A stretch of DNA of 64,000 bases from Nageia nagi (taxonomy: Eukaryota > Plantae > Pinophyta), in contig JBITNC010000001.1 of assembly GCA_050084985.1 (NCBI GenBank), positions 11,718,001-11,782,000 on the forward strand. The letters are read 5' to 3'. The translations under genes and the position numbers were made by a program. Numbering within the stretch: position 1 is the stretch's first letter; every line of letters begins with the position of its first letter. Shown here in pieces: positions 49,601 to 63,019 of this stretch. Below the pieces are notes generated by a model. The model was not told where the DNA came from, ran no database searches, and was given only the letters and a program-made list of their open reading frames with translations.

Positions 49601-51680
49601 TGACCCCTTGGAAAGCTTGATCTATGGTGCTTTCCCAAATAACATACTTCACACACATCTTTGCATTCATCCACCTTTAGTAGCCCATGTACCATTTGAT
49701 GAGATGTCAAAAGTTTCAAACTTGAGTGATTGAGATGCCCATATCTCAAATGACATAACCAAACTTTGTTTTCAATAGACACATTAGCAAGTACAACCTC
49801 TTGGCCACCAAATTTTAGAGGAAATAACCTATTCTTACTCATTCATACTATAGTAACAAGATTATTGCCTCTATTTTTATAATAAATTACACACTTTCCT
49901 TCATCAAAAATAAGCATGTAATTATTTTCCATCATTTGCCTAATACTTAACAAATTGTGTTGAAGTTTGGGAATATAGTAAACATCATTTACCTTCTCTA
50001 CTCCTTCCTTGGTTTCCACCTCCATGGCACCCACACCTTCAACTTGCAACGTGCTATTATCACCAATTTTGATATTTGATTTGAAGGAGTCATCAATTTG
50101 AGAAAATAGCTCACCCTTACCAGTCATGTGTTTGGATGCTCCCAAATAAAGTAGCCATATCTCTTGCATGCTTGGATCAGCCTTCCCATATGTCCAAAAT
50201 AAGTTTGTATCTTCCTCTCCATAGTTTGCACCTCTCCCTTCTTGAGAAGCCTTCAATATACAATCTCTCTCGTAGTGCCCAAATTTATAACAATAGTAAC
50301 ATTGCTTGTTAGATTTGTCACTTACATTAGATTTTTGGTGTTGTTGGCCTCCTTGGCCTCTTCCATTTCCTCTACCTTATGCATCACCTCTCCTTCCTCT
50401 TCATCTTCCTCTACCTTGGCCTCTACCTTGACTACTCAGATTGGCTTCTCCTTATTTGAGTACAAAAGCCTTATCATCACCACCTCTAATGCTTGAAGAT
50501 GATGGATCTTGTAGTCTCTCTTCATGGGACATGAGTGAACCAACAAGTTGATCATAAGTGAGAGTAGCAAGATTTTTTCTTTCTTCAATAATGATTACAA
50601 TAAGGTTCCACTTTGGAAGAAGAGATCTCAAAATGTTCTTCACAACCACTTCATTTTCAATTATTTCACCAAGTGTCTTCATTTTGTTGATACATGATTG
50701 CACTCTAACATAATAATCAACAACCTTCTCATCATCTTTCATCTTGATATTTTCAAATTCTCTCTTAAGAGTTTGAATTTTCACTTTCTTCACTTGATTG
50801 CTACCTTGGTATCCATCCTTCAAATCCTTCCATGCATCCTTGGCTGATGTACATGAAGCAATCCTTGGAAATATGCTCTTATCCATGGTCATTTGAAGAT
50901 GATACAAGGCACAAGAATTCTTTTTGTGCTTTCCTTTTTAAAGTCTTATCAACCCCTTACAAGGTATTCCAATCATGTGGCTCATCATAGCCATCTTCTA
51001 CAATCTCCCAAAATCCTTTTCCAATGAGCAATGTCTTCATTTTGATAAACCAATACTCATTATCTTCACAACAAAACTCAAAAATTAGCCATGAATAGTT
51101 ATTGATATTTGAATCCATTCTCAAATGCTCAAATGCAAAAACTGAAAAAATGAAACTTGAATATGCTTAATAAGTTTCTCCAAACTTCACCCACTCTAAC
51201 CTAAATGAACTCATTAGCTCTGATACCACAATGTGAACTTGCATATTACATTATTGAATAAAGTTACAAAGCTTTATAGCTTCATAGAATAAGCTTCGGT
51301 ACAATAACGATTGTTGTAAGTAATACAAAAAATAATAACCAAAAATATTCCTATAGATTACAATTTTACAATCCATGTACAAATAAGTATGGATTATTTA
51401 TTCATGTCCAAATATATTCCCTAGGCTATAACAAACATCAAAATGGAGTATAAAGATAAACAACACCCAAAATAACAAGAAAATAAATAATTTTCCATGC
51501 AAAGTCTATGTACAGTACTGGTTGTAGTTTAGTAGACCAGTTGACCATCTAATAGGTCAGTTAATCCCTTCTAGCCAATAGGCTAGTTAGTCCCTACTAG
51601 CCTAACCTATGCATCTTAGATAGAAATAGAGAGCTAGAATTTCTTGATTTATGTGTACTTGATGGTCTTGAAATCCAACA
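46635..51680 (-). mobile_element. full-length decayed Ty1/Copia element C (3' LTR 46635-47106, 5' LTR 51232-51680)
   Basis: Exact TSD CAACC; PBS at 51217-51228; PPT TTCTCCCCCTTGA at 47107-47119; gag-pol about 47120-51118 (gag 50452-50907, protease WLLYLGASKHMTG, integrase 49174-49842, RT and RNase H 47183-48420), with a small deletion in RT near 48265. Confidence 0.94.
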
Positions 51681-51685
51681 CAACC

Positions 51686-53142
51686 TCACCTTAAGTTGTA
51701 TAAGACCATGGTTGAGACACTACTAGAACATTTTAAGGCATATGATATTGAGGCTACCCTTAGATCCTATAATCTATTTGCAAATACAATGGCTTCTTCA
51801 GGATTCTTAATTCCATAAAACCCATTTTGAAAAGCTATACATATAGAGGTGATCACCATGTATAAGTCCTCTTAAGAGTTTCCCTTGTATCAAGAGGATC
51901 CCCTACCACAAGTCCATGTTAATGGATTGAATTTGGTATCCAAGGACATGTAGTACCATTCAAATAGAAAGCATTCAAAAATACCATTCCAAGAGATTTA
52001 ATTTATAAAAGAGGATATGATGGAGTTATTCTTTGATGCTGAGAATCACCATACAAACAAATAAGAATGCATAAATATCATGATGGCACCTATGGGGGGC
52101 AATTTAGTGGATTTTCTATCACCAAACACTTATTTGGATGGGGTATTATTGGCCAAAAATGGAGATAGATTATCTCTATTATGTTAAAAAGTATGTAAAG
52201 TGTCAACAACATGCAAATTTGACATACACACCCTCTCAAGCATTACAACCAAGTCAAGCTATGTGGCCTTTCTCAAGATAAGGTTTTGACTTAATTGGCC
52301 AATTCAATCCATCCTTGTCTAGAGAACATAAATTTATAATCACATCCATTGATTATTTCACAAAGTGGGTAGAGGAAGCCCCCATGGTATCTATTAAAGG
52401 TCCCAAGATTATGGAGTTTATTTAGCATAACATCATCAATAGTTTTGGCATCCCTACATGGATCATTTTAGATAATTGTCTGAATTTAAAGAATGAGGAT
52501 ATGCAAAAAATTATCTACCGTTACAAGAACAAATAAATATTTTCTATAGCTTACTATCCATAGAATAATAGAAAAATAGAAGCAACAAACAAAATAATAG
52601 TTTCCATCCCAAAGAAAATAGTAAGTATATCTCATAGGGATTGGCACACTCAAATACCACTAGCACTTTGGGTTTACAAAACTAGTATCAAAACTCCTAC
52701 ACATGAAATATCATTATCACTATTATATGGGGCCAAAGTAGTCATACCATTAGAGATTGATATTCCTTTGTTACGAATTCAATTACAAGATTTACTACCA
52801 GAACTTGATGTATGATAAAATCACTTGAACCAATTAGTTTTATTAAAGGAGAGGCGTATCAATTCCTTAGAATATTTTAAAGTTTATCATAACCATATAA
52901 AGAAAGCATATAGCAAAAGGGACCATCCACATGAGCTTTAGATTGGTGATGTGGTTCTTAAAGAAAATTAGTATCATTATCACCTAGAACGGGTTCAAAG
53001 AGATAAGTTCTCTCCTAACTAGCTTAATCCCTATGTGATCAAGAGAAAATTTGATTTAGGGGCATATCATTTGGCTACCATGGAAGGGGTCAAAGAAGCT
53101 AAACTAATAAACATCATACAACTTTTACCCTTCCACATATAG
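51686..53142 (+). pseudogene. Tat/Ogre pol continued: end of aRH, then integrase (HHCC, DDE core, GPY/F)
   Basis: The frame continues across the TSD: KGIFFCNQP|HLKLYKTMVETLLEHF..N.FANTMA. Downstream motifs: GYYWPKM, WPFS..GFDLIG, DYFTKWVE, YYP*NNRKIEATNK, ALWVYKTS. Confidence 0.9.
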
Positions 53143-54164
53143 GGAGAGGCATGGTTATTTTAGATTCATCAGCTTTATTTTCAACTTTTCTTAATCTTGT
53201 CTTCTTAAAAAGATAAAAATATTAAAAAAAAATTATTGTAATAATGTCTTATTTTTACCTTGTTATTAGTCATCATTCTATAGTAAGTGGCAGTCTTATT
53301 TGACTTCACTTTTTCAATATATAGACACATCTAAAAAATATTCTTATGTAATCTATATTAAGTAGCTCTAGGAGTCTCTTTTCATGCATCACTTGTTTTG
53401 TTTCATCAAGCATGATCTTGAAATTTAAGGGCCGATACTTGGATGGTTTCTCACTTTTAGTGTTTCTTATGTTTTTGGGGAATATAAGAACCATTAGTCA
53501 CTCATTCCTAATATAACTTGGTTTACTTGTCATCATTTACATGCAGTTTTAATTTATTTTGATTTCATTTTCTTAAACCATTCATAAAGGTCATTGAACC
53601 ATTACATGACATATCCTTCCTAGTTCGGTTGGGGCTAGAGCACATCTTACACATTTAGATGGAAGTTGGTTCCAAAACTATTTGTTTTTATTGTTGTGTC
53701 CACTTATTATATTTCATAGTTGCAAACCTCTTATGTTCTTATTATATCTTACCATGGGTTAGGACTGTTGAATGACATTTCTTCATATTATTCCATAAAA
53801 TGCAAGCAATAAGGTCTCATTCAGCACTTTAAAATGGAAGTCAATCCCAAAAATACTACATCATATCATCATGTTTAGTTTTTTTATTAAAATTTTAGCA
53901 CATTACATCTAAACCAAAATTTGAAATAAATCATGCATAACTATCTCAAAAAGTGCATCATAATAGACATATGCATTTAAATGAACCATCATATTCCATA
54001 ACCATCAAAATATAAGAAAAACTTAAGCATCCAATATAACTAAAACATGCATCATATAATAAACCCTGTAAATATATGTGTGTGGCCTAAGCCATCAAAA
54101 AATACATAAAAACACTAAGTACATTAGTACAAAAATATCGCCTAGTGATATGCACCCATTGATA

Positions 54165-55052
54165 TGTAAACCCTACTCGAGTTTATTTTGGATGTAACAC
54201 TTTATTTATTTTAGTGCTTGCAAGAATTAAAATAATTAGCAACACACAATTTTACCCAGGTTCACCCGATGTGGGCTACATCCTATAAATTGTGATCCAT
54301 TATTGTAGGTACTAATTTACAATGTCATTTGCATGACTTTTTTGCTTCCTTCTCTTGATCTTGTTGAAGCCCAATCACACGATCACTATAGGATGCTATT
54401 GAATCTCTTATTTTCATCATGGTGATTATGTCATCCACTTCTTATTTTCAAATCCTCATGGAAATGATGTTATTCATGATCTTCTCTTCTCATAGCCATG
54501 ATGTCATCCACTTTTTCTTTAATCTCATGGAAATAATCGTGTCCATGATATTTTCTCCTCCTCCCATTGCTATGATCTCTTCCAAACAACACTATGTAGA
54601 TTTTGGTATGTAATCCCATTTTTACTCTCATAGACATAACTTCTTCCATAAAGTTTACAATGCTATGGAATTTACATCCTCTACACACTCTCGCCCACTT
54701 GGGAGGAAAACTGATGAAATGGGAATTAACTTTTCCATTCTCCCTAACACCATTTTACAATATTAAGGGTTTACATTTTTGGAATATATGGTTGTAACAA
54801 ATACAATATTCTCTCCATATTTCTAAATAATAATCTACTCCTTTTGACATTTGTTGGTTTTGGTCTCCTTTTAAAATTGGCCTATAGTTTTGATTTTATC
54901 ATTACTATTGATAAACTATTCACACCATTTTAATACCAAATAATAACAATCCCTTACCCATATAACACATGTAGATCACCTATAATGTCCCATCAACCAC
55001 ATAATAACCTTTCACCATGTAGATTGGAATTTGGGAGGCTTTAATCCCAACA
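54165..55052 (-). mobile_element. probable solo LTR (about 890 bp)
   Basis: Minus-strand termini TGTTGGGAT...GGGTTTACA. Flanks TGATA and TAACA can both derive from a TGACA TSD by deamination. It is homologous, in inverted orientation, to 55.4-56.2 and 57.0-57.7 kb. Confidence 0.6.
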
Positions 55053-55150
55053 TAACATTTGGTATTATGAATTGGTGATCAAACTTGAAATAGTCATTTT
55101 GTTTTGGTAGTATTATATTTGATGGTATTTAATGGTCCACGTACACCATG

Positions 55151-57692
55151 GTGATCCAAAATAGATTTCAAAGTCTTAAAAAAAGATTCTAGGTGCAAAT
55201 ATGTGTTGGAGGCCAACTTGATGACGATGCTTGGAGCTACCAATAAGGATTTAAAGCATAAAATTCATACTAGTTAAGATACATATATCCAAAAATACCT
55301 TAATGGAACTAACAACAATTTTGATAGTTTTGCAAAATCCAAAAAGATAGGAGAATATAAACATAAGAGGCCAAAACAACACTAAAAGAATTCAAATGAG
55401 GGAGCTTTTTTTTATGAAGATGAGAGAGCATATTGTAAAGGAGGAAAAAATAACAAATATTATCTTATCACCATGCAACCATAAACTCCAAATTTGTAAT
55501 CCCTTAATGTTATAAAAGGGAACATGGAGTATGAAAAAAGTTAAGTCCTTTAGTGTGGATTTCCTTCCAAGGGGAGTGAGTTAGTGTAGGTTTGAAAAGA
55601 ATGTAGTAGACTCCATTTTATTGTAAAATTCATGAAAAGTAAAAAAAAAAACCATGAGAGTAATATTAGAGGTGCATTTCAAGATTGCATAGAAGAAGAA
55701 AAAGATCATGGACAAGATTATTGCCATGGAGAAAGAAGTGGATGACATAATTGCCATGGAGAAAGAAGTGGATGACATAATTGCCATGATGAAAAGAAAA
55801 AAAGACAAAAAGTAGTTCTAAAAATGTCATATCAAGAAAAGAGATGTTGAACTATGCTTAATGAATTTTATTATAAATAGAGTCATCTTCAAGAAAGGGA
55901 TTTGGTGGAGAGTCTATAGTGATTATGTGATTCGAGTTCAACAAATAAAAGAGTGAAGCAAGAAGGATCATACAAGTGACATTGTAAAATTGACTCTACA
56001 ATAATGGATTTCTATTTACTAGATGTATACCACATCAGTAAAACTAGGATAACTATGTATATACATCATTTTGTGTGTTTTTAATTTGGTGTGCATTTTT
56101 ATTTCTACAAGAACTAAAATGAACAAAGTGTGAAGATCCAAATTAAATTCTAAAGTAGGGTTTATGAATTAAGTTGGTATCATAGAAATTATTTTACTAG
56201 GAAATGATTGAGCTTGTTAGAAAAAAAGAATGAGTACTTTATTTGTAAATTTTAGTGTTGTGCCTACTTTAGAGTCAAGAGAACTTGATCTGATGGATTG
56301 GATTCACAGTTTAGAAGCATGCAAGGTTGAGGTAAATTTTCATTTTTGAATCAATAATTTTCATTAGCATTTGATTAAATATTTCCATCATAAAATAATC
56401 TCAACATGAATTCTAGTGGGAGAATAAGGGCCCACCTTCTTAATAGTTTTTATTACTGAGGTTGTTGTGTTGGAAACGAATATTCTTTTGCTTGAGAATA
56501 CAAAGTGATGTACCTAAAAAAGCCAAGTGAATTTAGACTGAGGAGCAAATTAGAGAAGGTGATTCCAAGAAGGATTAAATCTATATTTATTTAAGTATGT
56601 TTTTCCTCATTATTTTGATTCTAAGACTTTTGTCGGACCAAAAGCCCCTAAAATGGGGCAAGTGATCCGAAATGGATTTTGAAGTTTTAAAAAAAGCTAC
56701 CAAGTGCAAATCTATGTTGGAAGCTAACTTAATGATAATTATTAGAGCTACCAATAAGGATTTAAAGCATGAAATTTGGATTAGTTAAGCTAAATATATC
56801 CAAAAATACCTGGATGAAATTTTGTGACATTTAGAATTATGTTCATGAAGTTGTGGTCATGCCAAAATGGCATCAGAAGTAGTTTTGATAGTTTTGCAAA
56901 ATCCAAAAAGATAAGAGAATATAACCATATGAGGCCAACACAATGCTACAAGAATACAAATGAGGGAGATTTTTGTTATGAGAATGAGAGATAATATTGT
57001 AAAGGAGAAAAAATAGTAAATATTATCTTATCACCATGTAAGCATAAACTCCAAATTTGTAATTCCTTAATGTTATAACAAGGAACATGGAGTATGAAAA
57101 ATGTTAAGTTCTTTAGTGTGGATTTTCTCCCAGGGGGAATGAGTCAATGTAGGTTTGAAAAGAATGTAGGAGAATACATTTTATTGTAAATTTCATGAAA
57201 AATAACAAAACCATGAGAGTAGTATTGGAGGTGCATTTCAAGCTTGCATAGAAGAACAAAAAGATCATGGACAAGATTATTACCATGGAGAAAGAAGTGG
57301 ACGACATAATCACCATGATGAAAACAAAAAACACAAAGAGTAGTTCTAAAGATGTCATATCAAGAAAAGAGATGTTGAACTATACTCAAGGACTTTCTTT
57401 GAAAAGAAAGTCATCTTTAAGAAAGGGAGTAAATGCAGATCCTACAATGATTATGTGATTTGGCTTCAACAAACAAGAGTGAAGCAAGAAGGATCATACA
57501 AGTGATATTGTAAAATGGACTCTACAATAATTGATTTTTATTTGCTAGATGTAGACTACATTGGTTGAACCAGGGTCACTATGTGTGTACATCATTTTGT
57601 GTGTTTTTGATTTGGTGTGTGTTTTTACTTTTGCAAGCAGTAAAATGAACAAAATGTGAAGATCCAAATTAAATACTGAAGTAGGGTTTACA
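55151..57692 (+). repeat. two direct copies (55151-56166 and 56662-57692) of an about 1-kb LTR-like unit, each followed by a PBS-like sequence
   Basis: Extensive alignable identity (paralogous ORFs 55581-55808 and 57113-57358); ends AGTAGGGTTTA(CA); TGGTATCATAG at about 56177 and TGATATGGAATC at about 57695. Confidence 0.75.
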
Positions 57693-59387
57693 AATGATAT
57701 GGAATCATGATGGTGGATTTATAGTGGTGATGACTATCTAGAAATTTTTGAAGCAAGTTGGTAGTGCACTTCCCATCGTCCACCTTTAGTTTCTCTAGTA
57801 TCATTTTCCTATACATCAAATACTTATCCTTTAACCAAGCAGTACCACATACTCCATGAGCTACTTTCCATAGCTAGTAGCTAGGCTTTGGATGATATGC
57901 TAACATCAAAAAATGGTTAGACAAGTTTATGCATGGGTGGCTAGAAAATATGATACATCCCCCTCCATGTCAGCCTTTGTGGGCCCTCTTTTACTCATGT
58001 TGATAGTTCCCTTTACATGCTTCTCTTCAATCATCAAAAAATTATCCACATTAGTGCATTTGAGTCCTCCATGTTGGTGGGTGAGGGTAATTTGAGCCCT
58101 TTGAATTGTCAAATGATTACAATGGCTATGTATATATGGATTTTGATTTGCCCTTCAAATTTTACATGGTATTTGAATATTTAAATATAATATTACAAAT
58201 ACTCCAAACCCTATAAAATTATCAAGTAGTAATATTTAATTATTATTTGATAAATATTTCAAACCTTCATGTTTTGATCATACGATATCGTATGTTCAAA
58301 CCATTAAAGGCATCATGGAGCTAATGGATAACTCTTTATCATGAAGAGAATAATTTCATATTTTGAGGACTTTTAGTTTTCATCACTTTGAAATCCATTT
58401 TAGATCACCTATATCATGTAGTTATATGTAACATATAGCTTTAAAATGTGTGTCTCATAGCCACCATATACTCTCATATCTATTTAGAAGATGATGATGA
58501 TCTCTTAGGCTATCTCACTATAGAATGGGATGTATCTTGAATGCTCACCCATATGTTTGTACCGCTTTAATGTGGAAAGAGGTAAAATGCAATGAAGTTG
58601 CCACATGTAAACTTCGAGATACACATTATGACCTATGTTTCTTGCTTGGTATCTATATTCTCAATAGGACTTATAAAAGTGGAATAATCTTCCACATGAA
58701 CTTAGTCTTGTAAATCCAAACTTGTCAATATTTCCTCTTTATCCATATTTGTAGGTCATCCATTTGTTGGTTCAAACTACTAACTATTTATGTTAGCTCC
58801 TCCTATCATTATTTAAATGCAACCTCTCTCATTCGATCGATCCTTATGTTCCCTTTTTAAAAGTTTTACCTCTCATTGCTTGCTCCCCTATGGCCTCTAG
58901 TGAAGCTTCTACTCTCACTGCTCCAACTCCTATATTCTTGTTAAAGATTTATGTTTTGCATATTCACTAGAATGAAATGCCATCACATTTCATCTTTCTA
59001 TGGAAATGCTACTACATTTCTACAACCCTTTGCATTTCTAGAAACACCTTCATGTTTCTAAATATCCTATGCATTTTGTCAAATTTTTTTATAGTTATGA
59101 TATTTATGAGTTATCCTATAAGTTTTCTTGCTTGCACAATCTTTGAAGGTTTATTAATTCATAGGGATGATGGGAGAATGTTCTAAAGCATGATTGCAAC
59201 TCCCATTTAGCTATTTTGGTTCAAACTTGAGTGGATTTATGGATTAGTCTATAGCATTCATTTTTGATCTTTCTTGTAACCTCCATAAGGTCATATCAAT
59301 TACTCATTTAGGTCCTATATATTGTACTTAAAATTTTCTTAATCAATCAGATTATTGTATGCTCAATTCTTCCATATTATTTCATAT

Positions 59388-60130
59388 TGGCATTAGAGCT
59401 AGTTGACCTTATTTGGGTTTAAAGAGGTTGTGGATACCTTACAAAACCCTAGCAAGTTTTGTAAAAAGTGATTCAAATAGGCCTATAGTATGTGTTGAGC
59501 TTGTTGGAGTGAAAGAGATAGATTCTAGAGTGAATTCTCTTCCCATAGTAGAATTAAATGGAGAGGATAATGAATATTGGGCATTGAAGATGAAGCATTT
59601 TATCATAGGCAAGGGAATGTGGGACATCATTGAAGATAGCTATGTGGAACTAGATTGGGTGACACTTCCTTAAGATGATAGGATTGCTAAAAGAGAGGCC
59701 CAAAAGAAGAATTATTTTGTTATCTATCATCTCCAATTAGAATTGGAAAAGAGGTTGTTCCCAAGGATTTTTAGTTGTAATATGGTAAAGGATGCTTGGA
59801 AGGTCTTAAGAGAGGGGTTATAGGGTAATGATCAAGTGAGACTTCAAACCTTAAAAATAGAGTTTGAAAATCTAAAGCAAAAAGAGGATGATAAGGTTGG
59901 AGAGTATTTTATAATAGTAAATACTTATGTCCAAATGATGGAGACACTTGGAGAGGAGATCAAAAATCCAATTGTGATGAAGAAAGTGATGATAACACTT
60001 ATTTCCAAATGGAGCCAAACTTCTATCATGTTTAAGGAGACCAAATATGTGAGCACTCTCACTCTTGATCAACTTATTTGTTCTTTGATGTCACATGAGG
60101 AAAAAACTATAATATTATTCTTCAAAGTCT
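59388..60130 (+). pseudogene. truncated Copia 5' fragment (PBS remnant and gag), related to Copia C
   Basis: TGGCATTAGAGC at 59388; GEDNEYWALKMKHFIIGKGMWDIIE and RLQTLKIEFENLK...LTLDQLICSLMSHEE parallel the Copia C gag. The similarity stops at about 60110. Confidence 0.85.
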
Positions 60131-63019
60131 CAAAATATGATTATTGCTTCTTATCCCATTGAAAAACTTGCCTTTTATTGGTAACAAATTTTATAAATAC
60201 TAAATAAAAACTAAAAAACTCCTTACTTCAGTAACATTAGATGGTCTATGATAATATACTATAGCACTAATATTTTCATGATCAACTTTTACTTTTTCAC
60301 AACCAATAACATGTCCTAAAAATACCAAAGACTGCTTACCAAATTCATACTTCTTCATCCTCAAAAGCAACTTCTCCTTCTATGAAGTTTGGATCATTTG
60401 TCTAAGATGTATGAATGTTCATCCTAAGTAGAACTAAATACAAGAATATCTATAGACAAGCAAAAATGACCCTTCTTTCGATAGATGAAGGAAGATGAAA
60501 AAATAAAAGTTAAAATTAAAATTTTACTATAATATGCCAAATGCAAACATCAAACTTCAATTATCGATGAATTAGGCTAGATGCGAGCATATGAAATCTG
60601 GATACTAGTGACTCTATAGTTGGTAAAAGAAAAATAAAAATGGTAGCTCTTGAAGCATCCTAGAAAGAAAGAAAAGCATAACAAATGACTCATCATCCAT
60701 CCCATGCATTTCTGCTTTGGATCATATCCATGGAAAAGCTAGATAAGTTTTCTATCCTTATTTTTATCTAAAAATTAGAAAATTTACCTATTTCTGATAT
60801 CTATAAATAAAGCCTTCTACCATGAAGCAAAGGGACCTAGTTTGAATGCAAAGTTACTCTATTGAAATACATCCAAGTTTTATTGAGTTAGGTGCATTAT
60901 TATTCTACCTTTTATATGCTTATTTATGCTTATGTTATGTTGATTTCATGATATGAACATGTATGTTTGATATCTTTCTTGTTTGCATGTGTGAAGGTTC
61001 CATAGGTTGAGAGCAGCTAAATTGATCAGAGAAAGTATTAAGGAGTTGAATAGAATAGAGAGATGCATAATCTTTTGTAGGTTTTTAGAAAGTAGTTTTC
61101 AAAGTTTGCAGATATTGAAAATAGGCCTACAAAAGCCTAAATATTCTTTTGTAAAAATCCCTTTTGCAAGGCAATGAATCAAAATAGATTCATCATTTGA
61201 TCATTGAGGTCTACTCAAGGGAGATAAAGAAAAATGCTCATTGTAACATATCTTATCTTATTTTTTAACAAGGTTACTTTTTGAGTCTAATATTCTAGCA
61301 CTAGAAGGAGGGCCCTTGCATGCAAACAACATCAAAGACCAAATTTAGGGGGTTTTCTATATCTTTATGTATGTTTTTTATTGTTTGTATTGTGTGGAAG
61401 CGAAGATAAAGTTTTTCTTTATGTTCTATATTTTCTAGTCTTGAGTTACAAAATCGCTAGAAATTATGTATCAAATGCTAGTGGTTGGATCAAAATGCTA
61501 ACAACTATATAAAAACACTAGTTACTATGAACATAAGGTTGAATTTTTTAGTCTTGTCAATTTCGTAAGTGTAGCCTAGGAATTAAGACTTAGTATCAAA
61601 AATGAACACCTTGTTTGTGATCCCTATGCTCAAAATGCATGTAAGGGAGGGTATTGAATATCATTAATAACATGTATTACTTTTGATATGGTTATTTTTT
61701 TAAATTTCCTAAAGTTTATTTACTTCTTGTTTGTTTGGGAAAGGATCATAAATACAAACTCATCCACTTAATATTTTCCTATCTTATCCACATATGCTCT
61801 CCCTTTGCATTGAAAATTGATATGAGGTGACCAGAATGGATGCAATGGGAAAAGGGTAAATGAATCTTTACATTTTTCACTTTATTATATTAATTTGGTA
61901 AAATAATCTACACTAAGTTACTTCCACACTTGGAAGTGGTAATTAATCATCACAAAGATTGAAATGGATTTAAGGTAAAATTATCGAGTTTAAGGTAGAT
62001 TAGGATACATTAAATTGGTTAATGAATTTGATGCTTATTCTCTACACATTAATACCCTTACTTGTCTACCTTACCACATCAAAAGGTATTCAAAGGATTG
62101 TGACTCGTAATGAGGGGAAATGAACCTACATTAAAGGAAATTAATACACATTAAGGACTTCTTATTTTCCTTACCATAGTAAAAGGCAATTTAAGGATTG
62201 TGAATCATAATAAGAGGTAATAAATCACATTTTAATATTTCATTTGGTTAATGAATTTCATTAAAAGGTAATGGATCTCATGGGTATCTAGATCAACTTG
62301 CGCATTAATTAAAAAACTATTTGAATCACATTATAAAAGCTTAATTAATGGATGTGTATGATTGGGAGGGCTAGAAACTACATCCATTAGTATTTTATTT
62401 TGGTTATATGCATAATCATGAGAACTTTTAAAATGAAATTCAATGATTTGGATATCATTAAAAACCATTGATTATTATTCTCTTATGTTCCAACCGATAA
62501 AATATAATGAGCCTTAGAGCCAAAACATGGAGATGAATATCGGGTTCATAGGTTATAAGTCATTACTTTATGTTGAACAACTATAAAAAGAGGGGATATA
62601 CTTGGATTTCATCAGTAAGATAGTTCTCATCAGCATTTTTCAAGCCCCATTGCACTAAAGGACCATTTTAAGTACCAATCCATTACTTATCCCTAGATTG
62701 CTTATAGGTTTACCAACCTACCTTGCTTAAACACTTGACTAGACAAAACAATTTAAAAAAATGAAGAAGATTAAAATGTAAAATTCATACCACTTATATT
62801 AAAATGATTAATTTAATATACAAAAAGTTACAAAATATAATTACACCAAAAATGTGAGTATATATGTAGGTTGTGTGTGCATTTAATTGTTCTCTCACAA
62901 ACATAAATCCAAAAGATAAAAAATAGAATTGCTATGTTTGATGTTTGCTTTCTTTCCCTTATATTTTGGTAGAAAGTAAATCAAAAAAAAAAAACACAAA
63001 CAAATAAAAAATTAAAAGA

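Noticed and set aside
54165-57692. A DNA transposon with long terminal inverted repeats
   Set aside because: No TSD flanks the whole block, and the arms have LTR hallmarks (TG..CA ends, PBS-like tails).
57800-57900. Minus-strand HPKPSY*LWKVAHG resembling LINE zf-RVT
   Set aside because: Single short motif with no supporting RT or CCHC residues that I could verify.
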